Source: an uncultured Planctomycetota bacterium
GTDB taxonomy: Bacteria > Planctomycetota > Phycisphaerae > Tepidisphaerales > Tepidisphaeraceae
Length of the DNA: 64,000 bases
Assembly (NCBI GenBank): GCA_963841915.1
Contig: CAWJEN010000006.1
Location: 1,681,384 to 1,745,383 of the forward strand
Direction of reading: 5' to 3'
Shown: positions 50,124 through 64,000 of the stretch, piece by piece
Layout of the letters: each line of letters starts with the position of its first letter
How positions within the stretch are numbered: position 1 is the first letter of the stretch
Notes under the pieces: generated by a model
The model's input: the letters and a program-made list of their open reading frames with translations, nothing else
The model's database searches: none
Told to the model about the DNA's origin: nothing
Position numbers and translations under genes: made by a program

Positions 50124-51251
50124 TTAGTCTTCTAGAACACTCTCCGCATCCTGCAGCCCGAGCGCACGCAGCAATCCGGCGTCCCGTGACCGCTCTCCGG
50201 GCTCGCCGGGAAATACCCCAAACCCCCCGCTGTAGTCCCAAACCGCCCAGCCCCAGCCGTGCGATGCGGCCTGTGCTGACACAAACGAGTGCCACGCCAG
50301 CCTCGCCTCACGCGGCGCCGCCTTGGTGTAGACGCCAAACTCCCCGAGGTAGACCGGCACCTCGTGCTCCGCCTGCCAGGCCGCGACACCGTCGAACTTC
50401 TTCTTGATCCACGACTTCGTGTAATACCCATTGGCCACCTGATAGCGAACATGGCCTCGCGCCTCGGCATCAGTTGTCGTTGCGTCGGCGACAGCGTCAG
50501 CGTCGGTGGTATCAGAAGCCAATGGCCACCCGAGCCCGCTCGTCCGTGCCGCCGGTGCCCAACCCCATTCGGCCGCTTGGTGCGTGAACATGAACGGCTC
50601 GTAGAAGTGGAACGTGTAGACGAGGTTGTCGATCTCGTAAGGCACGAACGGCTGCGTGGGTTCGTTGTTCTCGTCATCGGGGTCCCCGTAGAGCGTCGAC
50701 GCGTTCGACCATCCACCGGCGGTGACGACGATCGTGTGGTCCGGGGCAACCTCGCGAACGGCCTTTACCGCCCGCTGCTGCACTGCCCGCCATTGCTTCG
50801 CCTCGTTCGGCTCGTTCATCACCTCGAACCACAACGTCGCCGGATCATGATGCTTCAGCTCATCCGCCAGCGCCCGCCAGTCGGCGACGAAAGCATCAGC
50901 TGCCGCAGGCTCGTTCAGCGACGCCTTGTAGTCGTCGCTCGGGTGCAGATCGACGATGACGTTCAGCCCAACCCGCGGGAACAGGGCGACCCGCTCGATC
51001 AAGGTGTCGCGGGTGGGGCCGTCCTCGAAGGCGACGCTCGCATCGATGGTCAGCCGCACATGGTCGAAGCCCGCCGCGGCGATCAGATCCGCATCCTCGG
51101 CAGTAAAGTAATGGTCGACATGCTCCGGCCGGTAGTGCCCGACAAGCGACTGGGCATACCAGTGGCTGATGTTGACGCCGCGTCGAAACCCATCCGCAGC
51201 CCCGGCGACGGTGGTCAGGAGCATCGTCACGAGCAGGATCAGGCGGAGCAC
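50124..51251 (-). CDS. Secreted GH5 glycoside hydrolase (cellulase family)
   Basis: RGVNI, FDHVRL, VDLH, NEP (acid/base), HFYEP and LGEFG (nucleophile). Confidence 0.9.
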   Translation of the reverse strand: MLRLILLVTMLLTTVAGAADGFRRGVNISHWYAQSLVGHYRPEHVDHYFTAEDADLIAAAGFDHVRLTIDASVAFEDGPTRDTLIERVALFPRVGLNVIVDLHPSDDYKASLNEPAAADAFVADWRALADELKHHDPATLWFEVMNEPNEAKQWRAVQQRAVKAVREVAPDHTIVVTAGGWSNASTLYGDPDDENNEPTQPFVPYEIDNLVYTFHFYEPFMFTHQAAEWGWAPAARTSGLGWPLASDTTDADAVADATTTDAEARGHVRYQVANGYYTKSWIKKKFDGVAAWQAEHEVPVYLGEFGVYTKAAPREARLAWHSFVSAQAASHGWGWAVWDYSGGFGVFPGEPGERSRDAGLLRALGLQDAESVLED

Positions 51252-51446
51252 ACCTTCTCTTATGCTCGTCGTTAGAGGCAGTTGCACCGACTCTCGGCAC
51301 GCCGAGTGTTCTGAAACTGAGACGACCCCGGAGCCGCGGTCCGTGGGACCGCAGCTCATGGGCTCGATCAGGACCGAAAGCGCCTTCCGTCTTGTCGCGG
51401 GTGTCGGTTTGTGACAACGGAAGCCGGGCGGCTATGGTGACCGCCC

Positions 51447-52418
51447 ATGGCCAAGGCACGCGCGATCCTCAAACGCCGCAAGGCGGTCAAGAACATCCGC
51501 AAGATCACCAAGACGATGCAGATGATCGCGACGGCGAAGTTTCAGAAATCACTGAAGCGGGCCGTCGCCACCAAGCCCTACAACGCCAAGATTCGAGAGC
51601 TCGTCGAAGAGCTGGCAGCCAGCGTCGGCAACGTCGAGCACCCGTTGCTGCGTCGGGTGACGCCCGAAGTTCGTGTCGGCAAGGTCGCCGTCCTTGTCCT
51701 GACGAGTGACCGGGGACTGGCCGGTGCGTACAACGGCAACGTCCTTCGTGCGGCCGAGAAGTTCATGAAGGGCATGGACGCGGCGGGGAATGAGACCGAG
51801 CTCTACGTCGCCGGTAAGAAGGGCATGAGCTTCTTCAAGTTCCAGGGCCGCCCGATCAAGGAGCACGTCAAGATCGGCGACGATCCGTCGAGCAGCGAGG
51901 TCTACCCGCTGGCCGACCGACTTATCGGTGAGTTCAGCCGTGGCGAGATCGACGCGGTCTACATCGCGTACATGAACTTCATCTCGACAGGTGTCCAACG
52001 GCCCGAGGTGTCGGCCATGATGCCACTGAGCGGCGTTCGCGAACTGGCAGAGGACCTTGCCCGCCAGGCGGCGGAGCGGGATCAGCAAATCGACGCCGGC
52101 ATGCTGCACGGCACGACCGGTGAGCGTGACGTCGAGCTCGAGAAGCACACGACCGGCGAAGTCGAGTACGACTTCTCACCGTCGGCCGAAGAATTGCTCG
52201 GCGAGCTGTTGCCGTTGACGGTCAAGAGCGCGTTCCTGCAGTGCTTCCTCGATGCCACGTCGAGCGAGCACGTCGCCCGCATGGTCGCCATGAAGAGCGC
52301 GACCGACAACGCCGACAAGATGGGCAAGACGCTGCAGCTTCAGTACAACCGTGCCCGCCAAAGCCAGATTACGACCGAGCTGTCCGAAATCATGGGCGGC
52401 GTCGAGGCGATGGGATAG
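51447..52418 (+). CDS. atpG: F1 ATP synthase gamma subunit
   Basis: KITKTMQMIA, SDRGLAG, SEHVARMVAM and YNRARQSQITTEL. Confidence 0.96.
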   Translation: MAKARAILKRRKAVKNIRKITKTMQMIATAKFQKSLKRAVATKPYNAKIRELVEELAASVGNVEHPLLRRVTPEVRVGKVAVLVLTSDRGLAGAYNGNVLRAAEKFMKGMDAAGNETELYVAGKKGMSFFKFQGRPIKEHVKIGDDPSSSEVYPLADRLIGEFSRGEIDAVYIAYMNFISTGVQRPEVSAMMPLSGVRELAEDLARQAAERDQQIDAGMLHGTTGERDVELEKHTTGEVEYDFSPSAEELLGELLPLTVKSAFLQCFLDATSSEHVARMVAMKSATDNADKMGKTLQLQYNRARQSQITTELSEIMGGVEAMG

Positions 52419-52428
52419 CAGAAGGAAC

Positions 52429-52506
52429 GAGAGATGAGAGATGAGTAACGAGAGGCCGGATTTGCCATCGGAACTCATCTCTCTTCCCTCGCTACTCATC
52501 TCTCTC
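52429..52506. repeat. Nested inverted repeat built from GAGAGATGAG / CTCATCTCTC units
   Basis: 17-bp arms 52436-52452 and 52488-52504 (1 mismatch), plus extra copies at 52429 and 52474. Confidence 0.7.
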
Positions 52507-52520
52507 ACCTACGGTGATTC

Positions 52521-53458
52521 GTGCGCATCCTGCTCGCTAATCCGCGTGGTTTTTGTGCTGGCGTTCGTATGGCGATCGACACGGTGGATGCCGTGCTCAA
52601 GAGCCAGGGGCCGCCGGTGTTCGTGTATCACGCGATCGTCCACAACCGGCACGTGGTCGAAGACTTCGAGAGTCGCGGCGTGCGGTTCGTCGAAGACGTT
52701 GACGAGGTACCGATCGGCTCGACCGTTGTGTTCAGTGCCCACGGCATTCCGCCCGTCGTCCGCAAGCGGGCGATCGAGCGAGAGCTCATCATCCACGACG
52801 CCACGTGTCCGCTGGTGACCAAGGTGCACAATGAAGTCCTTCGCTATGCCCGCGAGGGATATCACATCATCTTCATCGGCCACCGCAATCACCAGGAGGC
52901 GGTCGGCACCGTCGGCGAAGCCCCGGACCACATCACGATTGTCGAAACGCCCGAAGAGGTCGCCGCCCTGAAAGTCGCACCCGACGCGCGGTTGGCCTAC
53001 GTCACCCAGACGACGCTTAGCGTTACCGATGCCAATCGTGTTATCGATGCACTGCGTGAGCGATTCCCGACGATCAAGGCACCACCGAAGGATGACATCT
53101 GCTACGCGACGACAAATCGGCAGGACGCCGTGGATGCGTGGGCCGCCGAGGCCGACGTCGTGCTCGTGGTAGGCAGCCGAAACTCGTCGAACAGCAATCG
53201 GCTCGTCGACCGAGCCATCGAGAACGGCACAAGCGCCACCTTATCGACGATCAATCCGAGATCGACCCTTCCTGGCTGCAGGGCGTGGAGACCGTTTTGC
53301 TGACCGCCGGTGCAAGCGCACCCGAGGCATATGTGCACGGCGTGATCGAACGGCTGTACCGCGATCATGGGGCGACGGTCGAAGAGCGGACGCTTGCGGA
53401 GGAAGATGTGCAGTTTGCCCTGCCCAAGACGGCGAGGCGGCTGAAGGTGGTCGCCTAG
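52521..53458 (+). CDS. ispH: 4-hydroxy-3-methylbut-2-enyl diphosphate reductase (frameshift near 53236)
   Basis: PRGFCAGV, IVHN, SAHG, DATCPLV, ICYATTNRQ and SSNS; TAGASAPE lies in the next frame. Confidence 0.95.
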
Positions 53459-53572
53459 CCCGATAAGGCGGCCAGCGACTGCAGGGGCGGATGTCGCGGA
53501 CGCTGTTGCATAGGATGAGGACGAGACTTTGACAGTTGGTGCCGCTCGGCACAGGGGCCGCTTTTCTAACGG

Positions 53573-54106
53573 ATGTTGATGATGACCCAACACTTTGCCT
53601 TCCGGCTGGCCAGCGTGATCGTCCCGATGGTGCTCATCGGCTTGTTCGTCACGCTCGCCCTGACGGGTAGCGAAGCGGAGGCCGTCGCGACAGACCCTGC
53701 CACGCAGACAGCGGCTGTGCGTTCGGTTGAGCCGACGACGCAACCGAGCGACGACGGCTACCCGATCGACGTCTGCCCGGTCAGCGGCGGCAAACTTGGC
53801 AGCATGGGCGTGCCACCGTCGAAGGTGATCGACGACCGCGAGGTGAAGGTGTGTTGCGACGGCTGTTTCGCCACGTTCGAAGGCGATGCCGAAACGTATC
53901 ACCGCAAGATGGACGACCTGATCCTCGACGCCACTGCGGCAGACTATCCGCTGGAGACGTGCATCGTCAGCGACGAGCCGATGGAGCTGACCGAGGTCGT
54001 GACGGTCTATCGGCCGCAGAATCGCGTGGTGAAGTTCTGCTGCGGATCGTGCGAAGTGCTGTTCGACAAAGAGCCTGAGAAGTACCTGGCAAAGCTCGAC
54101 GAGTGA
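53573..54106 (+). CDS. Exported protein with two YHS/TRASH-like Cys motifs
   Basis: N-terminal TM/signal; CPVSG..CCDGC and CIVS..CCGSC..FDKEPEKY. Confidence 0.75.
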   Translation: MLMMTQHFAFRLASVIVPMVLIGLFVTLALTGSEAEAVATDPATQTAAVRSVEPTTQPSDDGYPIDVCPVSGGKLGSMGVPPSKVIDDREVKVCCDGCFATFEGDAETYHRKMDDLILDATAADYPLETCIVSDEPMELTEVVTVYRPQNRVVKFCCGSCEVLFDKEPEKYLAKLDE

Positions 54107-54137
54107 CCGCAGACCGCGACGCCTTCTAAGCTGAGGC

Positions 54138-56338
<2,201 letters not shown>

Positions 56339-56342
<4 letters not shown>

Positions 56343-56950
56343 TCATCGAAGAGGTCGTCGACCTTCACCCTCACCCCGGGCAACGCAGGACCGACATCGA
56401 GAGTGTCGCCCGGCAAGAAGCCGCGGATCGAGTCCGGCGTGTAGACCACGACATGCTGCTGCTCTGGGTACAGCACCCAAACAAGGTCGAAGCCGTTCGT
56501 CAGGTACAGTTTGACCTTCTGCATCAGCTTGCTCGCCACATCGTTCGGCGAGACAACCTCAATTGCCAAGTCGGCTGGGACCGGAATCCAGCCGATCGGT
56601 GCACACTTGTCCTTAAGCCGATGACGCAGGACGAGCGAGACGTCGGGCTTACGGACCGTCTGCTTTCCGTTTGGCTTTGGCGGAAAGCAGGTGTACCCGC
56701 AGTCCGAGCCGACGACAACGACATCATGACCTTCGTCTCTTGCCGCGGCTTTGAGTAGCGAGCCGACGGTAAGACCGATACTGCTTGACTCCGCTCCCAC
56801 GTCTTTGTCCTCAATAACGCCGTCGATCAGCTCCAGCGTGTTGGCGTCATCCATCGCCAGCAGTTCATCCGCTGTGGCCGATTGCCCAACTCGCGGATCG
56901 ACCCAGACTTCCCCTTGTGGCTGTAGCGGCTCGGCAGCAAGTACGGTCAT
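56339..56950 (-). CDS. Uma2 family endonuclease
   Basis: [24 protein letters not shown] and LPG. Confidence 0.88.
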
Positions 56951-56977
56951 GACAGTCGAAGTATAACACGCAAACCC

Positions 56978-59900
<2,923 letters not shown>

Positions 59901-60008
59901 TACCTCCAGTCTACGGGACCGCCGCCCGGTTCATCGGGTTGATTCGCCTTCTGAAACACCATCGACGTTCTGACCCGTCGCCGACGGGTGCCGAAGGGAT
60001 GAGCGTCG

Positions 60009-61299
60009 TCAGGCGTCGTTGAAGAACGCGCGGCGTAGCTCGCCGATGGCCACGTCGTTCATCGGCGACACGTCGCCGAGCGGGCGGCTGTTGATCACGG
60101 CTTCGGCTGTTGTCTCCAGGACTTCCAGACAATCGAACGCAGCCAACAGACTCGCACCGCAGGCCAGCACGCCGTCGTTGTCGATGAGGGCGACCGGTGA
60201 CTTGGGCCCGACCTTTCGGCCACCGCGGCCGGGTCGCTCGTCGCCTCTTCGTACGTCACGTGGCCGACGTCACGCAGAAAGACGTAGCTCTCGGGAATGA
60301 TCCGCGAGTCGAGGTGCTGGCCGACGACGCCGAAGGCGGTCGCGTTGACGCAGTTGGCGTTGATGATGGCCTTCACCTCCGGGTGCTTGTCGTAGATGGC
60401 TGCGTGGAGTCCGGTCGCTCGGCTGGCTTTCTTGCCGATTTCGACGCGGCCGTTGTCAATCAGTACAGGGTCGTCGGCGTCATCTCGAGACGGTCGACGT
60501 TGCTGGGCGTGATGACGAACGCCGTCGGAGATAGGCGGGCCGACAGGCTGCCCTCAGTGCTGATGAGCAGCCGCTGGCGGTAGCCGCGTTGGCAGAAGTT
60601 GACGAGCTGCTGGCGCAGCTCTTTCTCTTCAACCGTCGCGGCCGGCGGCTCGAACGTCGGCAGCGCGGGTGGCCGGGCGTCGCGGGTCGCGATCTGCTCG
60701 TCCGTCAGGTACCGCACCGGCCCGAGGTGGCCGGCCTTGATGATCGTCTTGGCGGTGAACTCGAACGTCTCGAACCGTTGGAAGGCCTCAGTTAGTGTGC
60801 TGCCACCGACGACGACGCCGTGATTCTCCAGGATGATTGCGTCGTGCCCCTTGGCGAACGTCTCGGCAATCACGCGGCCGAGCTCGTCACTGCCGGGCAA
60901 CCTGTACGGGGCAAAGCCCGGCTCGCCACACAGGTAACGACACTTCGCCAGCAGCCGCGTGTCGGGAACCTGCTTGCTGATCGAGAAGGCGACGAGGGCG
61001 ACCGGGTGGGCGTGCACGATGGCCCGCAGGTCCGGCCGAGCGGCGTAGATCGCCTTGTGAAACGGAAACTCGCTCGACGCCGGGTGCGGGCCATGGACGG
61101 TGCCCTCGGCGTCGACGCGGACCATGTCATCCCTCGTCAGTGCACCTTTATCGACGCGGGCGGGCGTGATCCAGATGTCGCCGTTGGCGTCGCGGACGCT
61201 CAGGTTTCCGCCTGAGGTCGTGGTCATTCTGTACCCGTAGATACGGGCCATCGTGCGCATCAGCGCGTTGCGCGGGTGGACAAGGTCGCGTCGGGGCAT
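60009..61299 (-). CDS. Tandem-domain class II aldolase/adducin protein (frameshifts near 60476 and 60214)
   Basis: GGNLS, SSEFPFH, HAHP and LENHG; second domain ([18 protein letters not shown]) followed by hand across frames to TGA at 60009. Confidence 0.85.
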
Positions 61300-61376
61300 G
61301 CCACGACTCTACCACGTATATGGCACGGGTTCACCATAACCCGCCGCGACATTCGACCGCTAAAGGCCTGTTCGGA

Positions 61377-61760
61377 TTACTCTGCGCCGCTGTGGGATGT
61401 GTAGCCCTGGGCGTCCAGCAGCACGTCGAGCTCGCTCGGGTCGCTCATGCGGACCTTGATCATCCAGCCGGCGTCGTGCGGGTCGCTGTTGGCCAGCGAC
61501 GGGTCGGCCGTCAGGTCTTCGTTGACCTCGATGATCTCGCCCGTCACGCCGGCGACAAGGTCGCTCGTCGCCTTGACGCTCTCGACCTCGCCGAAAGCTT
61601 CGCCGGCGGTTGTTTCGGTGCCGACCTCGGGCAGGTCGACGTACGTCACGTCGGTCAGCTCATCGGCGGCATGCTGCGTGATGCCGATCGTGCAGACGTC
61701 GCCGTCAGCAAGGTGCCACTCGTGCGAGGCGAGATAACGGCGGTCGTCGGGAACTGGCAT
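61377..61760 (-). CDS. gcvH: Glycine cleavage system H protein
   Basis: SHEW, GIT and VESVKA lipoyl-lysine motif. Confidence 0.96.
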   Translation of the reverse strand: MPVPDDRRYLASHEWHLADGDVCTIGITQHAADELTDVTYVDLPEVGTETTAGEAFGEVESVKATSDLVAGVTGEIIEVNEDLTADPSLANSDPHDAGWMIKVRMSDPSELDVLLDAQGYTSHSGAE

Positions 61761-61786
61761 GGGGGGAAGCTAGGCGCGAAAAACCC

Positions 61787-62907
61787 TCACGACGGGCGCT
61801 TATAAAACGGCAACGGCACGACCGTCGCAATGGCCACTTCTCGCTTGAAATCAATGCCCACTTTCGAGCCGAAGCCGGCGTAGTCGGCATCGACGTACGC
61901 CATCGCGATGCTGCGGCCCAGCGTCGGCGACGGACAACCGCTTGTCACTTCGTCCGACAGCAAGGTTCTCGACGAGCACGGACATGCCCTGACGAGCGGT
62001 CCGGCGTGAGTCCAGATGCAGGCCGACGAGCTGCCGTTTCGGCCCGTCGGCAGCGATCTGCCGAATGACGTCGCTGCCGATGAAGTCGTGCTCTTTGCCG
62101 ACCGCCCAGCCGAAGCCGGCGGTGATCGGATCAATGTCTTCCTCGAGCTCGTGCCCGTACAAGCGGCAGGGCGGCTTCGATGCGGAGCGTGTCGCGGGCA
62201 CCGAGCCCACAGGCGTAGATCGGGCCGCCCGTCAACCAGTCGCCGACCATGTCGGCAAAGACGTGAGCCCCGTCGCGGCTCATGACGATTTCGTAGCCGT
62301 CTTCGCCGGTGTAACCGCTGCGGTACAGCTCGATCGGTAGTCCCGCCAGCTTGCCCGTCATGCAGCCGAACTTCTTAAGCGAAGCCGCCTGCTCGCCGAC
62401 GTGAGACGCCATCGTCTCGATTACCTTCGGCCCCTGCAGCGCGATCATGGCTGTCAGCTCCGTGGTGTCATGAATCTCGGCGTGGAGTCCTTCGTCGTCA
62501 CGCACTTTGCGGAAGTGGCGGACGACCTTGTCCCGATTGCTGGCGTTGCAGACCATCGACAAGCTGCCGTCCGGCAGACGGGCGACGATGATGTCGTCCA
62601 TCGTGCCGCCGTCTACGTTGGTGACGAAGCCGTACCGACTCACGCCAGGTTGGATGGCGTCGGCGTCACGCGTTGTCGTGCGGCTGAGCAGGCGGGCCGC
62701 GTCGGGCCCACCAAATTTCAGGCGACCCATGTGGCTGACGTCGAAGAAGCCTCCACTCGAGCGGCACTTCGAGTGTTCATCGGTGATGCCCGTGTAGCTC
62801 AGCGGCATCTCCCAGCCTGCGAACTCGACCATCTTGGCACCAAGTCGCTCGTGCAGGTCATGGAAGGGGGTACGGAGCAATTGGGTCGATGAAGCGGACT
62901 CACTCAC
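61787..62907 (-). CDS. gcvT: Aminomethyltransferase, T protein (frameshifts near 62165 and 61955)
   Basis: FAGWEMP, FDVSHMG, SGYTGEDG and GLGARDTLR; then LYGHEL; then VTSG..SPTLG and PFYK. Confidence 0.94.
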
Positions 62908-62942
62908 GCAACGACAATAGACGCTAAAGAATGGTGCAAAGC

Positions 62943-63494
62943 TCAGGAGTTGAGCAACTCGTCCGCCCGTCGCTCGTCGCGGCACCGCCACCAGATTTGC
63001 CGATGGTGGTGCAGCGTCACGACTATCGGCACGCCCGGTAGCAGGATCGTGAAGTCCGTCTTCCACAGCCGCGGCAGGAGGTCGGCCAGGAGCGACGCCA
63101 ACGCTTCCCTCGAAGGCACCACGATCGCGTCAGCCTGTCGACGCATTCTCAATGCGTCGATATCGACACCAGCAGAGGCAAACACGTCGGCCGTCGTGCC
63201 ACCGGCTTCATCGACGCCGTGGTCCAGCTCTGCCGCCCAGTGGTGCACCGGCGCGATCCACACTTCGTCGGCCACCTCGAAGCAGGCGTCAGCCACCATC
63301 GCCGGTAGAGCATCAGCGTCGAACTGACGCATTCGCTTCTTGAACATCGGCCGCAGCGTCGGGTCGTCGCCCGTGACCCAGCCGGCCACGTGCCACGCCT
63401 CCGCGGGCGAGAACGCGGCACCATTCGGGTAGACACAGCGCAAGCCGACCGCCTTGGCGGCTTGTAGAACCTCTTCGTACGCAACGATTCGCAA
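62943..63494 (-). CDS. Hypothetical protein
   Basis: Fills the gap upstream of gcvT with typical codon usage; HHWAAEL and HHHRQIWW. Confidence 0.65.
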   Translation of the reverse strand: MRIVAYEEVLQAAKAVGLRCVYPNGAAFSPAEAWHVAGWVTGDDPTLRPMFKKRMRQFDADALPAMVADACFEVADEVWIAPVHHWAAELDHGVDEAGGTTADVFASAGVDIDALRMRRQADAIVVPSREALASLLADLLPRLWKTDFTILLPGVPIVVTLHHHRQIWWRCRDERRADELLNS

Positions 63495-63518
63495 GGAAGG
63501 TAAGTCTACCGTGCTTCG

Positions 63519-64000
63519 ATGAACACCAACGACATGATCGCTTACACGCTCCGCACGAGCGGCGGGTTTGTTGCGTCCATGACCTCAGATCTGACCGACG
63601 ATCAGCTCCTGCACCGCGTCGTTCCTGAGGCCAACTGCGCCGCTTGGCTGCTGGGCCACCTGGTCCTCGTCGAGCGGCGGGCGCTGGGCCTGCTCGGTGC
63701 CGAACTGCCTGCGCTGCCTGACGATTTCGAAAGTCGCTTCACTCAGAAGGGCGACGCACCCAAAGCCTCCGAGTTTGGCGACGTCAGAGGCCTGTCCGCT
63801 TTGTTCACGGAGCACCGCAACGCACTGATTGCCGCCGTCGAGCGGGCGGATGACGACCTGCTCAACACGCCACTGGAGAAGCCCTCGCCGCGATTTGCCA
63901 CGATCGGCGAGATGCTGGCCTTCTTCCCGATCCACGTGGCCATGCACGGCGGCCAGATCAGCACCATCCGCCGCAGCCTCGGGATGCCGGCGTTGTTCTG
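63519..64000 (+). CDS. DinB family protein (runs to window edge; absent from ORF track)
   Basis: Hand translation: MNTNDMIAYTLR..NCAAWLLGHL..HVAMHGGQISTIRRSLG. Window ends at TG, probably within the stop codon. Confidence 0.85.
   Translation, partial: MNTNDMIAYTLRTSGGFVASMTSDLTDDQLLHRVVPEANCAAWLLGHLVLVERRALGLLGAELPALPDDFESRFTQKGDAPKASEFGDVRGLSALFTEHRNALIAAVERADDDLLNTPLEKPSPRFATIGEMLAFFPIHVAMHGGQISTIRRSLGMPALF

Noticed and set aside
53225..53245. Programmed frameshifting in ispH, gcvP or gcvT
   Set aside because: No slippery heptamers, mixed shift directions and many unrelated genes affected; assembly error is simpler
62908..62945. Glycine riboswitch upstream of gcvT
   Set aside because: Gap is about 35 nt, too short, and contains a -10-like hexamer next to the start

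Overview
High-GC bacterial chromosomal segment, most likely a planctomycete of class Phycisphaerae. This is inferred from four PEP-CTERM proteins, two [17 protein letters not shown] prepilin-like proteins, dockerin-like repeats and a LEPR-XLL-type leader. About 59 CDS. Housekeeping genes: purF, birA, sua5, orphan atpG, ispH, uvrB, gcvT-H-P, an adk-like kinase and a stand-alone MetH homocysteine-binding domain. A ~23 kb accessory locus (16.3-39.5 kb) encodes two GHL10 hydrolases, an amidase/beta-lactamase-fold fusion, a phosphodiester glycosidase, a metallophosphoesterase, three Gfo/Idh/MocA enzymes, a GntR/LacI regulator, PEP-CTERM paralogs, a pilin-like protein, a sugar ABC transporter and a GH38. 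It may be a system for scavenging foreign bacterial cell envelopes, and it carries a candidate shared operator. Five parS-type palindromes are present, four of them paired inside two copies of a ~270-bp dispersed element, suggesting origin proximity. Many housekeeping genes look leaderless (TANNNT 5-8 nt before the start). At least nine small indels break conserved genes and are most likely long-read assembly errors. No rRNA, tRNA, CRISPR array or transposase was recognised. All family calls come from motif recognition by eye, not database searches.
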